This document shows, one piece after another, positions 35,551-48,378 of a stretch of 64,000 bases of DNA. The position numbers and the translations under genes were made by a program. The stretch comes from Magallana gigas (lineage: Eukaryota): positions 22,878,001-22,942,000 of the forward strand of contig NC_088855.1 in assembly GCF_963853765.1 (NCBI RefSeq), written 5' to 3'. The notes beneath the pieces were generated by a model. The model worked only from the letters and a program-made list of their open reading frames with translations. It had not been told where the DNA came from and searched no databases. Numbering within the stretch: position 1 is the first letter of the stretch; every line of letters starts with the position of its first letter.

Positions 35551-38500
35551 ATGATGAGCCAAGGTCTTGGTAAGGCTTTTTTTAATGTGTAGCCATTTTT
35601 ATGACACCCCCCCCCCCCCAAAAAAAAAAAAAATTGTCTGCCATGTTGACCTACTGGCCTGTAAAAGTTAAATTATCGTCTCTTTATTGTTTGATTTTTT
35701 TTTTTTAGTGTACCTGACAAACAAAATGCAAGTTAAAGAGCTTTCTATCAAAAAGTTGTTAATTCAAAATGGTTATATTTTTTCCCCTGCATTTTTGTTT
35801 TAAGAAATGGTACAAAAGTGATATTACATGGGCCTGTTTGAATATGTTTCTGCACTCATGTATCTAAAAGTATGATTTCTATGTTTGCAGTACATGTATT
35901 GCATAAATGAATAAGATGGAGAAAATTTATTTATCATAAATGTGTCTTTGAAATTACTTGTACTTGTTTGAATTTTTGTTTATAAGAATTTTATTGACTT
36001 GTTTTGCAGTCCTTGTCGCTGTCATCTTCATATCATTTACATCACATGCTTCAGGTAAGGTTATTAATCTAACATTTTTACTGTAATACCATTTTTCACA
36101 TCAATGAGCAAAGATTGGTTGGATCAATATCTGCATTCAGCTATAAACAAGTTAATGTCTTGCTTTTAAAAATGCTTAATATATACAGAAAAAGACTTAC
36201 ATTGTAGTAGGTATTGAATTCACTACTTACTGGTATTGCACTCCACTGTTAAACATGAATAAACTGAAAGAATAAAAGTATTAAAGTAAAGGTGAATTTT
36301 ATTGTTTATTTAAAGAAGTACATCACAGTATGAAGGTGTCCCATACCACCTTAAAAATATCGATAAAATATGTTTAATTTGTTAATTTACATAATCTTTT
36401 TTTTATATTTCTCAACAGGATTTGTAGACATTTGCAAAACAAACTATCTGACCTTGCCCTTTCCTGGGGATCAAGGATTTTTGGGGGTCACCTCAAGTTC
36501 GAGACCCTCAGAAAATAGTCCATGTATCCTCCGTCTGTCAGGATGCTCCCAGTGCCGTATCTCCATGCACCCCGTGGGCGACGAGTGGACCTTTCCAATC
36601 TGTTCCAATCAATTCAACCAGTACTCAATGAAAGAATGTAAACCAGGGTGAGTGCATGCATTTAACTGGTAGATCGTGTCCCGGCCAGTAACTCCGTCAA
36701 AAGCATGCAAAAGTTGCCTGTTTGTCATCCAATGTATCACTCTCTAGATATGTAGCTTTAAGGTGGCTCACTACATTGTGAAATGTTTTCTCAAACCAGC
36801 AGAAAATTACTTGATTATGATAGATATCATAATACTGTAGATAAGAAGTATTTTAGTCTAATAGGCCAAAAAATATGCAATTTTGGATGAAAAATTACAT
36901 TTTAAAAAATTTAATTCAGATAACATGAACCAAAGCTCCAGGCGGATTCCAACTCATGATCTGCGGTTGAGAAGCCCGATACTTTAACCACTGAGCTACG
37001 ACAATATACAACCCAATTGAACGATATAAACAGTTTAACAAAACATTTAAATTGCCATCTTGTGACGTAGTGTCTTAAAAAGTATAAGTGTTGGTGTAGT
37101 GAGGTACCTTAATGCAAGTTATGACCATAAAAACTATACTTGTCTGGGACATGTATATAGATATTTTATTTACCATAAATACTGTGGAATCTCTTTATTC
37201 GTGGGGGTCAATGTTAGTGGGTAGCCAAAATTTGGGGATATAATTTCGTTGGTTGTATAATCATGATAAATTTCATAACTATTCAAGAAATGATTGTGTA
37301 TAGGTTCGTTGGGATATAAATTCTTGGGCAAGGGTTACCCATGAAAATCGTGAATACTGGTCCCCCACAAACAATGATAATTCAACAGTAGCTTATTGAT
37401 AATTGTAGGACTGATATGATACATCTTGATGTTCTTATATATCTACTTATTTTTTGAATACCAGTGAAAACTTACCTTCTTATGGCTTTATATGACTGCT
37501 TATAATAGTATTATTTTTTTTTTTTTGCTAGGTGTTCCTATATGTTTGTGTTCGACAGCATTTACTTAAATGAGACTTTGAGGTTTTACGACACTAGCAA
37601 CTGGCCGGGGGGAGAGTTCAAGTCCATTTCCAGTGCAGTGTTCATAGGCCTGTGTTCTCGTCCAAATCCACCTAACATCACCGTCAAGTTCAATATTGAT
37701 TGTGAGTTCTTTTTTCTCAATTTTGATTTTAATAAAAAAGAATTTGTTTTATGTCTCGCCAAGATTCATTCACATGTGTTGAGATGTTGGTTAAATGCCA
37801 AAAAAAAATTAGCTCTAAAATTAAACTAGAGGTCTTGGATTAGGGCCTTTTAGCAGTGATTTAAGAGCTTTCACCTTAAAGATACACTTTTAATTCTTAG
37901 AAGTTGGCAAAAAAATGTTTGCTACCTGCTCATTATCAAAGGAATCAATCCAATAACCTGTCACACATTGAAAAACTCCTTATAAATCTGTACTACTTGG
38001 CAACTGATTTTGTTTATTAATTTACTTTTAGTGATTTTATAAAATTGCACTATGCAATTTTATTTCCTTTATAGGATTTGTTGTCTATATTACCGGAAGT
38101 AAATTCCATAATTATTTACGATGCATTTTTAGCTCACCGAGACGAAGTCAGGGGGAGCTTATGCTATACCCTCGGCGTCGGCGTCGGTGTCGGCGTCGGC
38201 GTCGGCGTCGGCGTCCGGACCTGGTTAAAGTTTTTGTGGCAGGTCCTGTTTCTAAGCTATTACTTGTCCTATCTTCACCAAACTTGCATGGATGATGCAT
38301 CTGGACCTACTTATGGACTTGAAAGACTTGGATGCTGAATCTTAGTCCTAAATTTCAGATGCTGGAGGAGGTTAAGGTGGTTGGACCAGGTTAAAGTTTT
38401 TGTTGCAGGTGCTCTTTGATAGCAATATCTAAGTTACTGCTGGTCCGTACTTCACCAAACTTGCATGGATGGGGTGTCTTATGATACTGATGCACCAGGC

Positions 38501-41500
38501 AGGCTTGGGTGCTGAATCTGAGCCATAGGTTTCGGATGCTGAAGGAGGTTACGGTTTTTAGAGCTGGTTAAAGTTTTGGTTGCAGGTGCCCTCTGATGAT
38601 TATATCTTAGTTACTACTTGTCCTAACTTCACCAAACTTCCATGGATGGTGCATCTTATGATACTGATGCACCTGACAGGCTTGAATGCCGAGTCTGAGC
38701 CATAGGTTTCAGATGCTGGATATGGTTAAGTTTTTTGGAACAGGTCACATGTTTAATAGATAATAGTACTATTTCAGACTTGCAAAGTTGATTAAACTGT
38801 TATATGAATGAATCACAGAGGAAGCTTCAGATGCAGAACTTGATCTCCATTATCAAGGATGCTAAAAAATATATCTTAGTTATTACAGGTCCTAACTTCA
38901 CCAAACTTGAACGGATGGTGTGTCTTATGATACAGATGCACCTGACAGGCATGGATGTTGAATCTGAGCCATAGGTTGCGGATGCTGGAGCAGGTTAAGG
39001 TTTTAATTGCTAGTGCCCTCTGATGATGATATCTTAGTTATTACTGGTCTGAACTTCACCAAACTTGCATGTAGATGCGTCTTATGTATACTGATGCACC
39101 TGACAGGCTTGAATGCTGAATCTGAGCCATAGGTTTCGGATGCTGGATGAGGTTTAGTTTTTTTGGAACAGGTCACATCGTTGATTTAACTATATTATAA
39201 ATGAAACGCAGAGGTTGCTTCAAATGCAGAGCCTGATCTCCATTATCAAGGATGCTAATGAAATTTCCTACCTCACTCAAACCAGCTCGAAAGATAGATG
39301 TGTTTGTTGATAAATGATATAACATGATTCCTATGATATAGTATTGTATGGTATGAAACATTATTGTTTAATATGATACAATATAATATCATATGTAATA
39401 TTATAAAAAGTTATATGATACGATATGATATTGTATCTATTTTTTTTGATATTTTATTTTATGATATTGTATCATGATATCGTTATGTAAAGTATTGTAT
39501 ATTATGATACAATATTGTATAATATTGTATTGTATTATTAATTTATTATTTTATCACATGATACTATTACATAAGATATTGCAAAATATAATATTGTATC
39601 CTATGATACAATATTGTATATTCTATAATATTGTATCATACAATATTGTATAAAAAAACTATATGACATTAGTTTCTGTAATATAGAATTATATCACATG
39701 AAATTGTATAATATGATACTGTAATATTATATAATATCATATCATACGATATTGTATAATATGATATTGGTTAATTATAAGATATATTATCACATCATAT
39801 GAAATTGTATTGTATGATATTGTAAAATATATAATTGTATCATATGATAAATATGTATAATATAATAATGTATTATATAATATTTAAATTTTAATATTCA
39901 CATAATATTGTATCATTTGATATGATACAATGTTGTATCAAATTATATTGTATCATATGATACAATATCATATTATGTATCAAAAATGATACATTATCAT
40001 ACAATATCATAATATATTATACAATCTAATATCATATGTTTCAATGTTATGATGTATTATGTAATATGATATTGTAATATAATACTATATTGTTTTATAT
40101 ATTATGATATTGTATTATTTGATCAAATACAATAACTTATAACACAATACAATGTCATATCATACCTTACAATATCATATCTCATCATTGTTTATTATGG
40201 TATTTTATTGTATTATATGATATATGTATCATAAATGTTGTAAATATGATAGGATGCAATATTTAATTTTATATTATTGTATTGAGTAACATATGAACAT
40301 ATGATTATCATACAATTTTTTAACAGATGATATATGATGTTTTGTCAAAACAGAATCCATGAATATCGAAGATCATAAAGTATGATTTTCATTTAATATG
40401 ATAAAGGTGGTCTCATAAGGTGAAGTCTCATAAGGGTGATGTCTCGTCTCGGTGAGCTTTGTAATCTGTGATTACCTATGTTTAATACATGTATTTATGT
40501 CAAAATATCGTGAATATTAAAATTGCTAATGATTGTAAATCAAACTATGAAAGGTAGTCATCGAATTTCAGAAAATGATCATGATTTATATACACATGTA
40601 ACAAAATTTATCGTGTTGTTTTGTCAGCCAATAATCAAGTTCTGACATCCTACATGGGACAAGTGAGGTCACCAAATTTTCCAAATGGCTACCTTCAAAA
40701 TGGGGATGTCTACACGTGGGTCATTAAAAACAACGAGTACTCCAAGATTTTGGTGGTGTTTGATGATTGGCACATCTCACCATTCAGTGGGGAGGTCTAT
40801 GTAAGTATCCATTCAGTGGGGCTGTATATGTAAGTCACCATTCAGTGGGGAGGTCTATGTAAGTATCCATACAATGGGGAGGTCTATGTAAGTCACCATT
40901 TAGTGGGGAGGTCTATGAAAGTATCCATTCAGTGGGGAGGTCTGTGTAAGTCACCATTCAGTGGGGAGGTCTGTGTAAGTCACCATTCAGTGAGGAGGTC
41001 TATGTAAGTCACCGTTCAGTGGGGAGGTCTGTGTAAGTCACCATTCAGTGGGGAGGTATGTGTAAGTCACCATTCAGTGGGGAGGTATGTGTATGTCACC
41101 ATTCAGTAAGGAGGTCTGTGTAAGTCACCATTCAGTGGGGCTGTATATGTAAGTCACCATTCTGTGGGGAGGTCTGTGTAAGTCACCATTCAGTGGAGAG
41201 GTATGTGTATGTCACCATACAGTGGGGAGGTCTATGTAAATCACCGTTCAGTGAGGAGGTATGTGTAAATCACCTTTCAGTGGGAGGTCTTTGTAAGTCA
41301 CTGTTCAGTGGGGAGGAATGTGTAAGTCACCATTCAGTGGGGAGGTCTGTGTAAGTTACTATTCAGTGAGGAGATCTATGTAAGTTACCATTCAGTAAGG
41401 ATTTATGTGTAAGTCCCGTTCAGTGGGGAGGTCTATGTAAGTCACCGTTCAGTGGTCACTGTTCAGTGGGGAGGTATGTGTAAGTCACCATTCAGTGGGG

Positions 41501-44500
41501 AGGTCTATGTAAGTCACCGTTCAGTGGGGAGGTCTATGTAAGTCACCATTCAGTGAGGAGGTCTATGTAAGTCACCATTCAGTGAGGAGGTCTATGTAAG
41601 TCACCGTTCAGTGGGGAGGTATGTGTAAGTCACCAATCAGTGGGAGGTCTATGTAAGTACATTCAGTTGGGAGGTATGTGTAAGTCACCGTTCAGTGGGG
41701 AGGTCTGTGTAAGTCACCATTCAGTGGGGAGGTCTCTGTAAGTCACCATTCAGTGGGGAGGTCTCTGTAAGTTACCATTTAGTGAGGAGGTCTATGTAAG
41801 TTACCATTTAGTGAGGAGGTCTATGTAAGTCACCATTCAGTGGGTTGGTCTTTGTTAGTCACCATTCAGTGGGGAGGTCTCTGTAAGTCACCATTCAGTG
41901 GGGAGGTCTCTGTAAGTCACCATTCAGTGGGACTGTATATGTAAGTCACCATTCAGTGGGGAGGTCTGTGTAAGTCGCCATTCAGTGGAGAGGTATGTGT
42001 AAGTCACCATTCAGTGGGGAGGTCTATTATCAACATTTTCATTTATGTGGATTGGGAAGCTATAATTTACAAACATGAATTGTGATAGTTTTGCCTAATT
42101 CAGCTTTCTTTATACATGTATAAATCATTAAATTAGTATGTGTAATGATTTTAATATTAATTTGATATTGATACAGATTTCTGTGTAAAATTATTGTATG
42201 TGTATTAAACAATTGAAATAGTTGTGGATTGATTTTCAGTTTGATGAAAGTGACAGACGACGACCCATCAATGGTTCCATGGGCCGCCCAATAGTGATCT
42301 CTAAGGGGCCAGAAATGAAGGTCATATTCAGCACAGGGAACCACTTTTTGGAGGATCAGAATAGATACATGGGCTTCAAATTCACTTATACTTTTTATCG
42401 AGGTATTAAAATTTGCAGAGTCTCAAAATTTTCTCTCTAATATCAATCAACATTAACAATTAAAAACCGCAGAGGTTTCATCACAGATTTAGATCTTGTA
42501 AAAATTGTTCATTTTAAAGTGGTATGGGACATCTGTCGATATTAATGTGGATTAAAGTACATTATAATTGAAATACTTTCACCAGTTTAGAATTTTCAAA
42601 TTTTACAATATCTAACAAAAAAATAATTTTAAAAATATTTTGAAAGGTAAAAATTGTAAAACCCACAGTGGGATTCGAACTCATGACTTACAGATTAGTA
42701 GTAAACCCTCTGACTCACTGCGCTATGCTGTTAGATGACAATATTGGGAAAGAAACTACTTATATAACTGCACTTAATTTTCTTGTTTATTTCGATAAAC
42801 AATACGTCACAACATGGAAGTGTCCCATACCACCTTAAGTACTCTTAAATATGTCAGGATAAAAATTTGGTATTAACTTAAAAAAAAAAGGCACACATTA
42901 TTTTGCAGTATGAATGTTTTGTATTTGTTGATAAAACCTTTTAATGACTCTGTTAGATGTAGTATTACATGAATACGAGGAAAATATATGTACAATGCAC
43001 TAATATCTACTGTAGTATTTTGATGATGAATTTGATTTTATTTCCAGCTGAAGATTACATTCCACATCTGAGTACAGGTATGAGAATTTCAGACTTTTAT
43101 TAGCTCACCTGAACCAAAAGGTTGAAGCTTTTCTGATCAACAGTTGTCCATTGTCCATATTGTTCATCTGACTGTAAACTTTTCACATTTTTTACTTTTT
43201 CTATAGAAGCACTGGTAAGAAAACTTGGTATAAAGCATCCTTATAAATAGGGGATTTAATTTAAGAACCTAATCTTTTATGAAGGGGAGATAATCACAAA
43301 ACAGTGAAAATAGGGTGTAGGTGTTAAAAATCCTCAGTCTCAAGAACCATTGCACCAAAAATGCTAATATTTATAAAACTTATAATGTATTGAAAGATTT
43401 TAAGTTGTTTTAACCATGACCCTCAGACCAATACTGGGGCCCCAAAGAGAGGTTTAAATTTCAATAGAAATATATATATATGGAAAATGTTAAAAAAATC
43501 TTACCTTCTTTTCAGTAACAAAAATGCATCAATTTGTGATATTACTATGCAAACATCCTCAGATAGTGTTGATTCTAATTTGATAAAACCATGACCCTTG
43601 GACCAATATCGGGACCCAAAAGGGGTCAAGAGTTCAACGTATGAACTGTTGTTAAGGCGAGTGATGTGGCCCATTGGCCTCTTGTTTTCACTTTTCACTT
43701 GATTTTTGCCTGTGTCTCAGCATTTCCCCAAAGGTGTAGACTTTATAAAAATACATGAATGTAACCTGTGAAATTTAAAGTGTTTGGATGTCCTTGAATT
43801 CCACTTATATTGTATTCATTTTAAAAATTTCTTATTACTGAAAGAATCTTGGTCAAAGGGCATAAAATGTTTTTTTTAAAAATAACCATAATTTTTAACT
43901 TGTGTTGTATATTTTTAGAGTGTGGAAAAAATTATCTAATCAATGAAGGAGGAATGATAGATTTCCAGCTGAGCAGCAGCATTGAGGGTTATCAATATGA
44001 CTGCACCTGGCTCATTAAAAAGCAACCCGAGTTTGACAAAGTCTACATGAAAATCATCAAGTTCCGTACTGACACACTACGTATGTACCCTTCAGATCTC
44101 TTTTTTTTTTTAAATTAGTTGTGCTCCTTGCAAATTTGTATTTGATAGAAATAAAAGACAACTTAGCAGTGTGATTTGTCCTTTCAAAGCAGCCTTTATA
44201 AATTCATTATCACATGACTTGTTTGATACTGGTAGTTAAAATTTTTACACATCCCTTTGTTTTGAAAAACGGAAATTATAAAATAGATAACAAAAGTCAT
44301 CAAATTTTCTAATTATAATGAGAATTTTTTTCTGTTTTTGTAAAAGTCTTTAATTTCAAATATATTTTTGTGGCCCTGGTTTCGATATTTCAAGAATACA
44401 AATGTTTGCTTACATTGTAAACACGGGATAGTAGTACCGGTATACATATTCCTTTAAGTAAATGTATAAATTCATTTACCACCACGCCTTATTTAATTGT

Positions 44501-47500
44501 ATTTTTTGATAGTGAGCTATAGCAACCAGGAAGTAGTAATCCGCGACGGAGTTACGTCAGACGGCGAAGTTTTGGACAAGATTACCCCAAGAAGCAGTTA
44601 TGGAAAACCTTTCCACAGCACGAGAGGTTTCTACATTCGGTACAGAGGGCGAGTGCGACCCATGGACAATCTCCAGATCGTATTCACTTCCTACCGGGAG
44701 CGAGGGTCCTCTGGTAAGTAGTAGTAAATGTATTACTTGTATTGCAAGGGGGGTGGGTGGGGGTTTGTCAATTAAATTTTGTGGAGGCCAGTTTTACCAG
44801 GCTTCATTGGGACATACCCATATTTCATCTAATATATTTCATTGATATACATGTACTATAGATGCATGATTAATGAATTAAAACTGTGCTTTGTAATGTG
44901 TCCAGGATAAACATGTATATACATTTGTTGGAACCCACAAAATTCATGATAAATTCATACCATGTATTCTAATGATTCCAAAGTATTTCTTGTTGGAAAG
45001 AAAATATTTGAGCATGTTACATAAGATTATTAAATACACAGCAGGTGGAATACTGCTCTATTGATAAAAAATTTTCAGGGGAAACTGAAAATTTGAACTG
45101 AATTACATGCAGTTTCAGCAGACATTTTACTGCATAATTTGGCAAAAATTAGCTTTAAACTTAAGAAGATTTTACTCAGATTTATAGTTTTGAGGTTCTA
45201 CATGATTTTATATTAATGCTTCAATAAAAACAAGTCTTCTTGAGTCAGTTATATAATATGTATAGCCAAGAAGGTTACAGTAATGTTTTTCATTGCTGCT
45301 ATAATTTACAGACTGCAACAGAAGAGGAATGTTTTACTGCAACACAGGGAGATGTATCCCCGCCGAACTGAAGTGTGACAGATTTAACCATTGCGAGGAC
45401 AACTCTGACGAAAGCAACGACAACTGTCTCAGTAAGGCTTTTTGTTGGATGAATCAAATTGCAAATGTGGTATACGTATGGTTTACAAGCTTTCCATAAT
45501 TTGGTCTTTATTGATGATGTACAAGAATTTCACATAAGAATTTCTGCATAACTGTTTTTTTCTGCTGTTGCAAAGTTTTGGTACAAATATTAGAGGTACA
45601 TAAACATGAAAGTTTATTGAACGCAATTTAATTTTCTGCAACTTGTCAAGGTATAATGTATCTTTCCCCATTATAAGTGCTCCAAATACATGTCCATCTA
45701 CAGTTATACTGTAGTGCTGTTATTTTACCGCAGTCTGCAGTGTTTTATCTGACTTGAACCTAATTCTAATCTTAAAGAATCTAGGTTATAAGGAGCAATT
45801 TCAAATTCTTATATCAGTAATTCTTATCATCTGATACACTTAAGGTTATAACTCAATTTTAAGATACAGTGAATGAAATTACTTTGCTGTAATCATGATT
45901 TTGTTATATTAAGCATGTTTGTTGTACCATGTTTTACTGTACATAATTTTGGTCACCTACTTTTGAACAGATGGTGGCGCTGGCTGGTCGCGGAGCAGTA
46001 ACTACACGATGACGGTCAGCGTGATCGTGCCGCTGGTCATCTCCGTCTTCCTCCTGGTCATCCTCTGTGTCCTCTTCTTCCTCATCCGACGATGTCACAA
46101 CGCCCGCGCCCAAGAGATGGACAGGGACACAGGAATTATCCCCACAATTAGTGGAGGGATAGGGAGAAGAAGTAAAGGACTACATATATCAGTCTAAACT
46201 AAGAGATAACTTGTAGTGTTTTTATTTGACATTCGCATTTGGAGATTTTTACGTGCATCGTTCTATTTTGGAGTTCTATTGATGTCACATGTTGTCTGTA
46301 ATTTTTTTTTTCTGTTTCTTTTATATATATTTGGAGTAGACAACCTATGTCAACAATACAATAAAGACTTTTGTAATTTTATAAATTTTAAAATTTAAGT
46401 AGAGAAAATATAAGTTTGCTTTATAAATAGCCTGTCTGTTTCTTTGTTTAACACTAATTTGCATTTGTCCTGTGTTCTAATCTGTAATTAAAATGAAAAT
46501 AATACTAAAGTAAGTAAATCCTATTTATACACTGCTTGGGAATTATGCATATGCCACATAAAAGAGTTGTGTGTTAAATTACCCTCCCTCTCCCACAATT
46601 AAGTATGAACACTGAAGGAAAGACTGATTTAATTATATGGGATTCATTAACGGAGATTTGCTTTCGTTTAAGGACGCCAGAGAAACAGACAGGCACAGAG
46701 GCCGGCCGACTTCCCACCCACCTATGAGGAGGCCCTGGAAAGTCCCCCTTATGAAGAGCCTCCACTGGTAGGTATTATAATTGTGGTGTTTAGACAAACA
46801 GTCCTCTAATTATTAACTTGATGTTACGGCTTTACAGTGTATAAATACTTCAGATTCCGTAAATTGAGGATTAATTATCCGTGTAAACTCTCAAAAACAC
46901 ACCATGTGGATTTTAAAATCTCTGTTTTTTTTCTAAAAGTTCTAAACTGTATGAAATTATCATAAAAATTGGCACTTGCCTCCTGATTCAAACAAGCAGT
47001 ATTGCAGAAGTAGTTACCGGTACTCATATAAAGTGAGGGATGTACAGTACTATGAAGTCCAAGCATTATAAATGAGTTATTCTGACTCCATTGTTTTTTT
47101 TCCAAACCTTAGGGATGTGAAAATGGTATGCTAAAACCTCCTACATACCATGAGGCAATAGGGCATTTGATCGTGGAGCCTCCAGGGGATCAGTATGAAG
47201 AGGAAGACTACCCTCCCCCAGAATTCAGTACCATAGACCGATCACAGCGACACGATTCTTCCACGCCCAATGCAAACAACGAAGACATCAGGCCGGTCAA
47301 TCACTCCCACAGTATGTCCTATAGCTCCGAGTCGTCAACAGAAATCCCCTTAGGTCGAAATGTCTCAAACGTCCACAGTCCCAATTATACGGAGGTTCCA
47401 CATCGGAGAGTGAGGACCTCACACAGAGAGGAGAGGGAAGATGAGTACAGAGAGAGACCTTCCAGCCAGGTTGAAAGACCGGAAGGTAGAAGGAACTGTC

Positions 47501-48378
47501 CTCCTCCACCAAGACCGAAAAGTAACATCAGACAAGAGCTGGAGAGAAAGTTACAGGAAGATCAAATAAATCCAACTAACATACGAAGGAATTTGAATTC
47601 GGATAAGCCAGGACAGATGTCAGACAACAAGAGAAATACTAATTACAGGGAGAGTCAAAGCTTTCCTGAGAGTCCTTCAAGACATGGATCCTCTTCGTTC
47701 CATCCGAAGGCTGCAGAATCAAACAAAGATGAGCAGCACTGGAAGGAGGAAAATAAAAGAAGATCTAAAGGTGATTTGAGAAACAGAGCATCTGACAGCA
47801 GCTCAAAAGGACTACTCTTTAGTGAAGACCATTACACAGAGGGAGAAAATAGGGGCATTCTCAACCAGGCATTCAAAGACTTTGAAAGAAATTCACAACA
47901 TTCCCCACCCAGGACAAACTCAGCCAGTCTTGCCAACCTGCCTTCTTCTCTGGATAAATGGACGGATGATCGGAGAGAAGGGATGGCCATGTCTCTTCAG
48001 CATTTACCTACGACTCACTGCGTGGCCTCAAATAATATCCAAGCTGCCAGATCAGCCCAGGACCTTTCGCATAGAATGTCAACAGCCAATCAACCAAACA
48101 CAAACATCCCCCAACACCTCCAACCATCGGATCGACCCATGTCGCTCTCGGTGGGAAATCTACCCAATCGTTCAAACGCTGGAGAGAATAGGAGGGAGAG
48201 GGTGAGACCCGCTGGTGATTCCCAACGATCGGTGTCACTAGGCGATTTGAACCGGCGACTTAACAGCCAGACCGCTCGACGGCAAACTCATTCCCATGCA
48301 GACTTGTCCAACATTCAAGAAGAGAGAGGTGCTGACTCCATTGTTTTTGCATGTGAGAGTGAAGATGTTTTTGTTTGA
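35551..48378 (+). CDS. Type I membrane protein: signal peptide, divergent Cys-rich CUB-like domain, two CUB domains, LDLa, TM, long disordered tail (NETO/LEV-10/LRP10-12-like architecture), 957 aa, 13 coding exons
   Basis: Exons 35551-35569, 36010-36054, 36419-36647, 37532-37701, 40628-40800, 42240-42402 (alternative in-phase acceptor 42222), 43048-43077, 43919-44080, 44513-44713, 45312-45431, 45971-46171, 46673-46767, 47113-48378 (2874 nt). CUB motifs GQVRSPNFPNGY...YTWVI...GFKFTY and CG...YDCTWLI...GFYIRY; LDLa CNRRGMFYCNTGRCIPAELKCDRFNHCEDNSDESNDNC; TM VSVIVPLVISVFLLVILCVLFFLI; two PPTY motifs. Confidence 0.88.
36290..36350. mobile_element. Right-end fragment of the Kolobok-like family seen at 42518-42834
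   Basis: ...GTGTCCCATACCACC followed by TTAA, matching the right TIR of the complete copy. Confidence 0.6.
36762..37108. mobile_element. Kolobok-like TIR element (347 bp) with TTAA duplication and tRNA-like cassette
   Basis: TTAA at 36758-36761 and 37109-37112; TIRs GGTGGCTCACTACA / TGTAGTGAGGTACC; minus-strand GTAGCTCAGTGGTTAAAG...GATCATGAGTTGGAATCC at ~36935-37000. Confidence 0.78.
37180..37390. mobile_element. Tc1/mariner-type MITE
   Basis: TA-CTGT...ACAG-TA ends with ~33-bp TIRs (TACTGTGGAAT...GTGGGGGTCA / TGGTCCCCCAC...ATTCAACAGTA). Confidence 0.75.
38126..40483 (+). mobile_element. Helentron-associated HINE-type element with (GGCGTC)n, ~165-175-bp internal tandem repeats and a ~1-kb AT-rich simple-sequence block
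   Basis: 5' TTTTTAGCTCACCGAGAC subTIR; GGCGTC microsatellite at ~38174-38215; repeats at 38220-39180; 3' CTCGGTGAGC plus the short palindrome GTAATC-TGT-GATTAC and a T-rich end. Confidence 0.8.
40777..42027 (+). repeat. 29-bp minisatellite (~43 units), consensus TCACCATTCAGTGGGGAGGTCTATGTAAG
   Basis: Direct tandem array with no unique spacers. The first unit spans the last 24 nt of the exon ending at 40800 and its GTAAG donor. Confidence 0.97.
42518..42834. mobile_element. Kolobok-like TIR element (317 bp) with TTAA duplication and tRNA-like cassette
   Basis: TTAA at 42514-42517 and 42835-42838; TIRs (A)GTGGTATGGGACA / TGTCCCATACCACC; minus-strand ATAGCGCAGTGAGTCAG...GTCATGAGTTCGAATCCCAC at ~42662-42730. 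Confidence 0.8.
43095..43687 (+). mobile_element. HINE-type element with Cg170-related monomers
   Basis: 5' TTTTATTAGCTCACCTGA; 3' GGCGAGTGATGTGGCCCATTGGCCTCTTGTT; internal ACCATGACCC...GGGGCCCCAAA monomers. Confidence 0.75.

Noticed and set aside
40777-42027. CRISPR array
   Set aside because: The 29-bp units are head-to-tail with no unique spacers, there are no cas genes, and the context is a eukaryotic intron.
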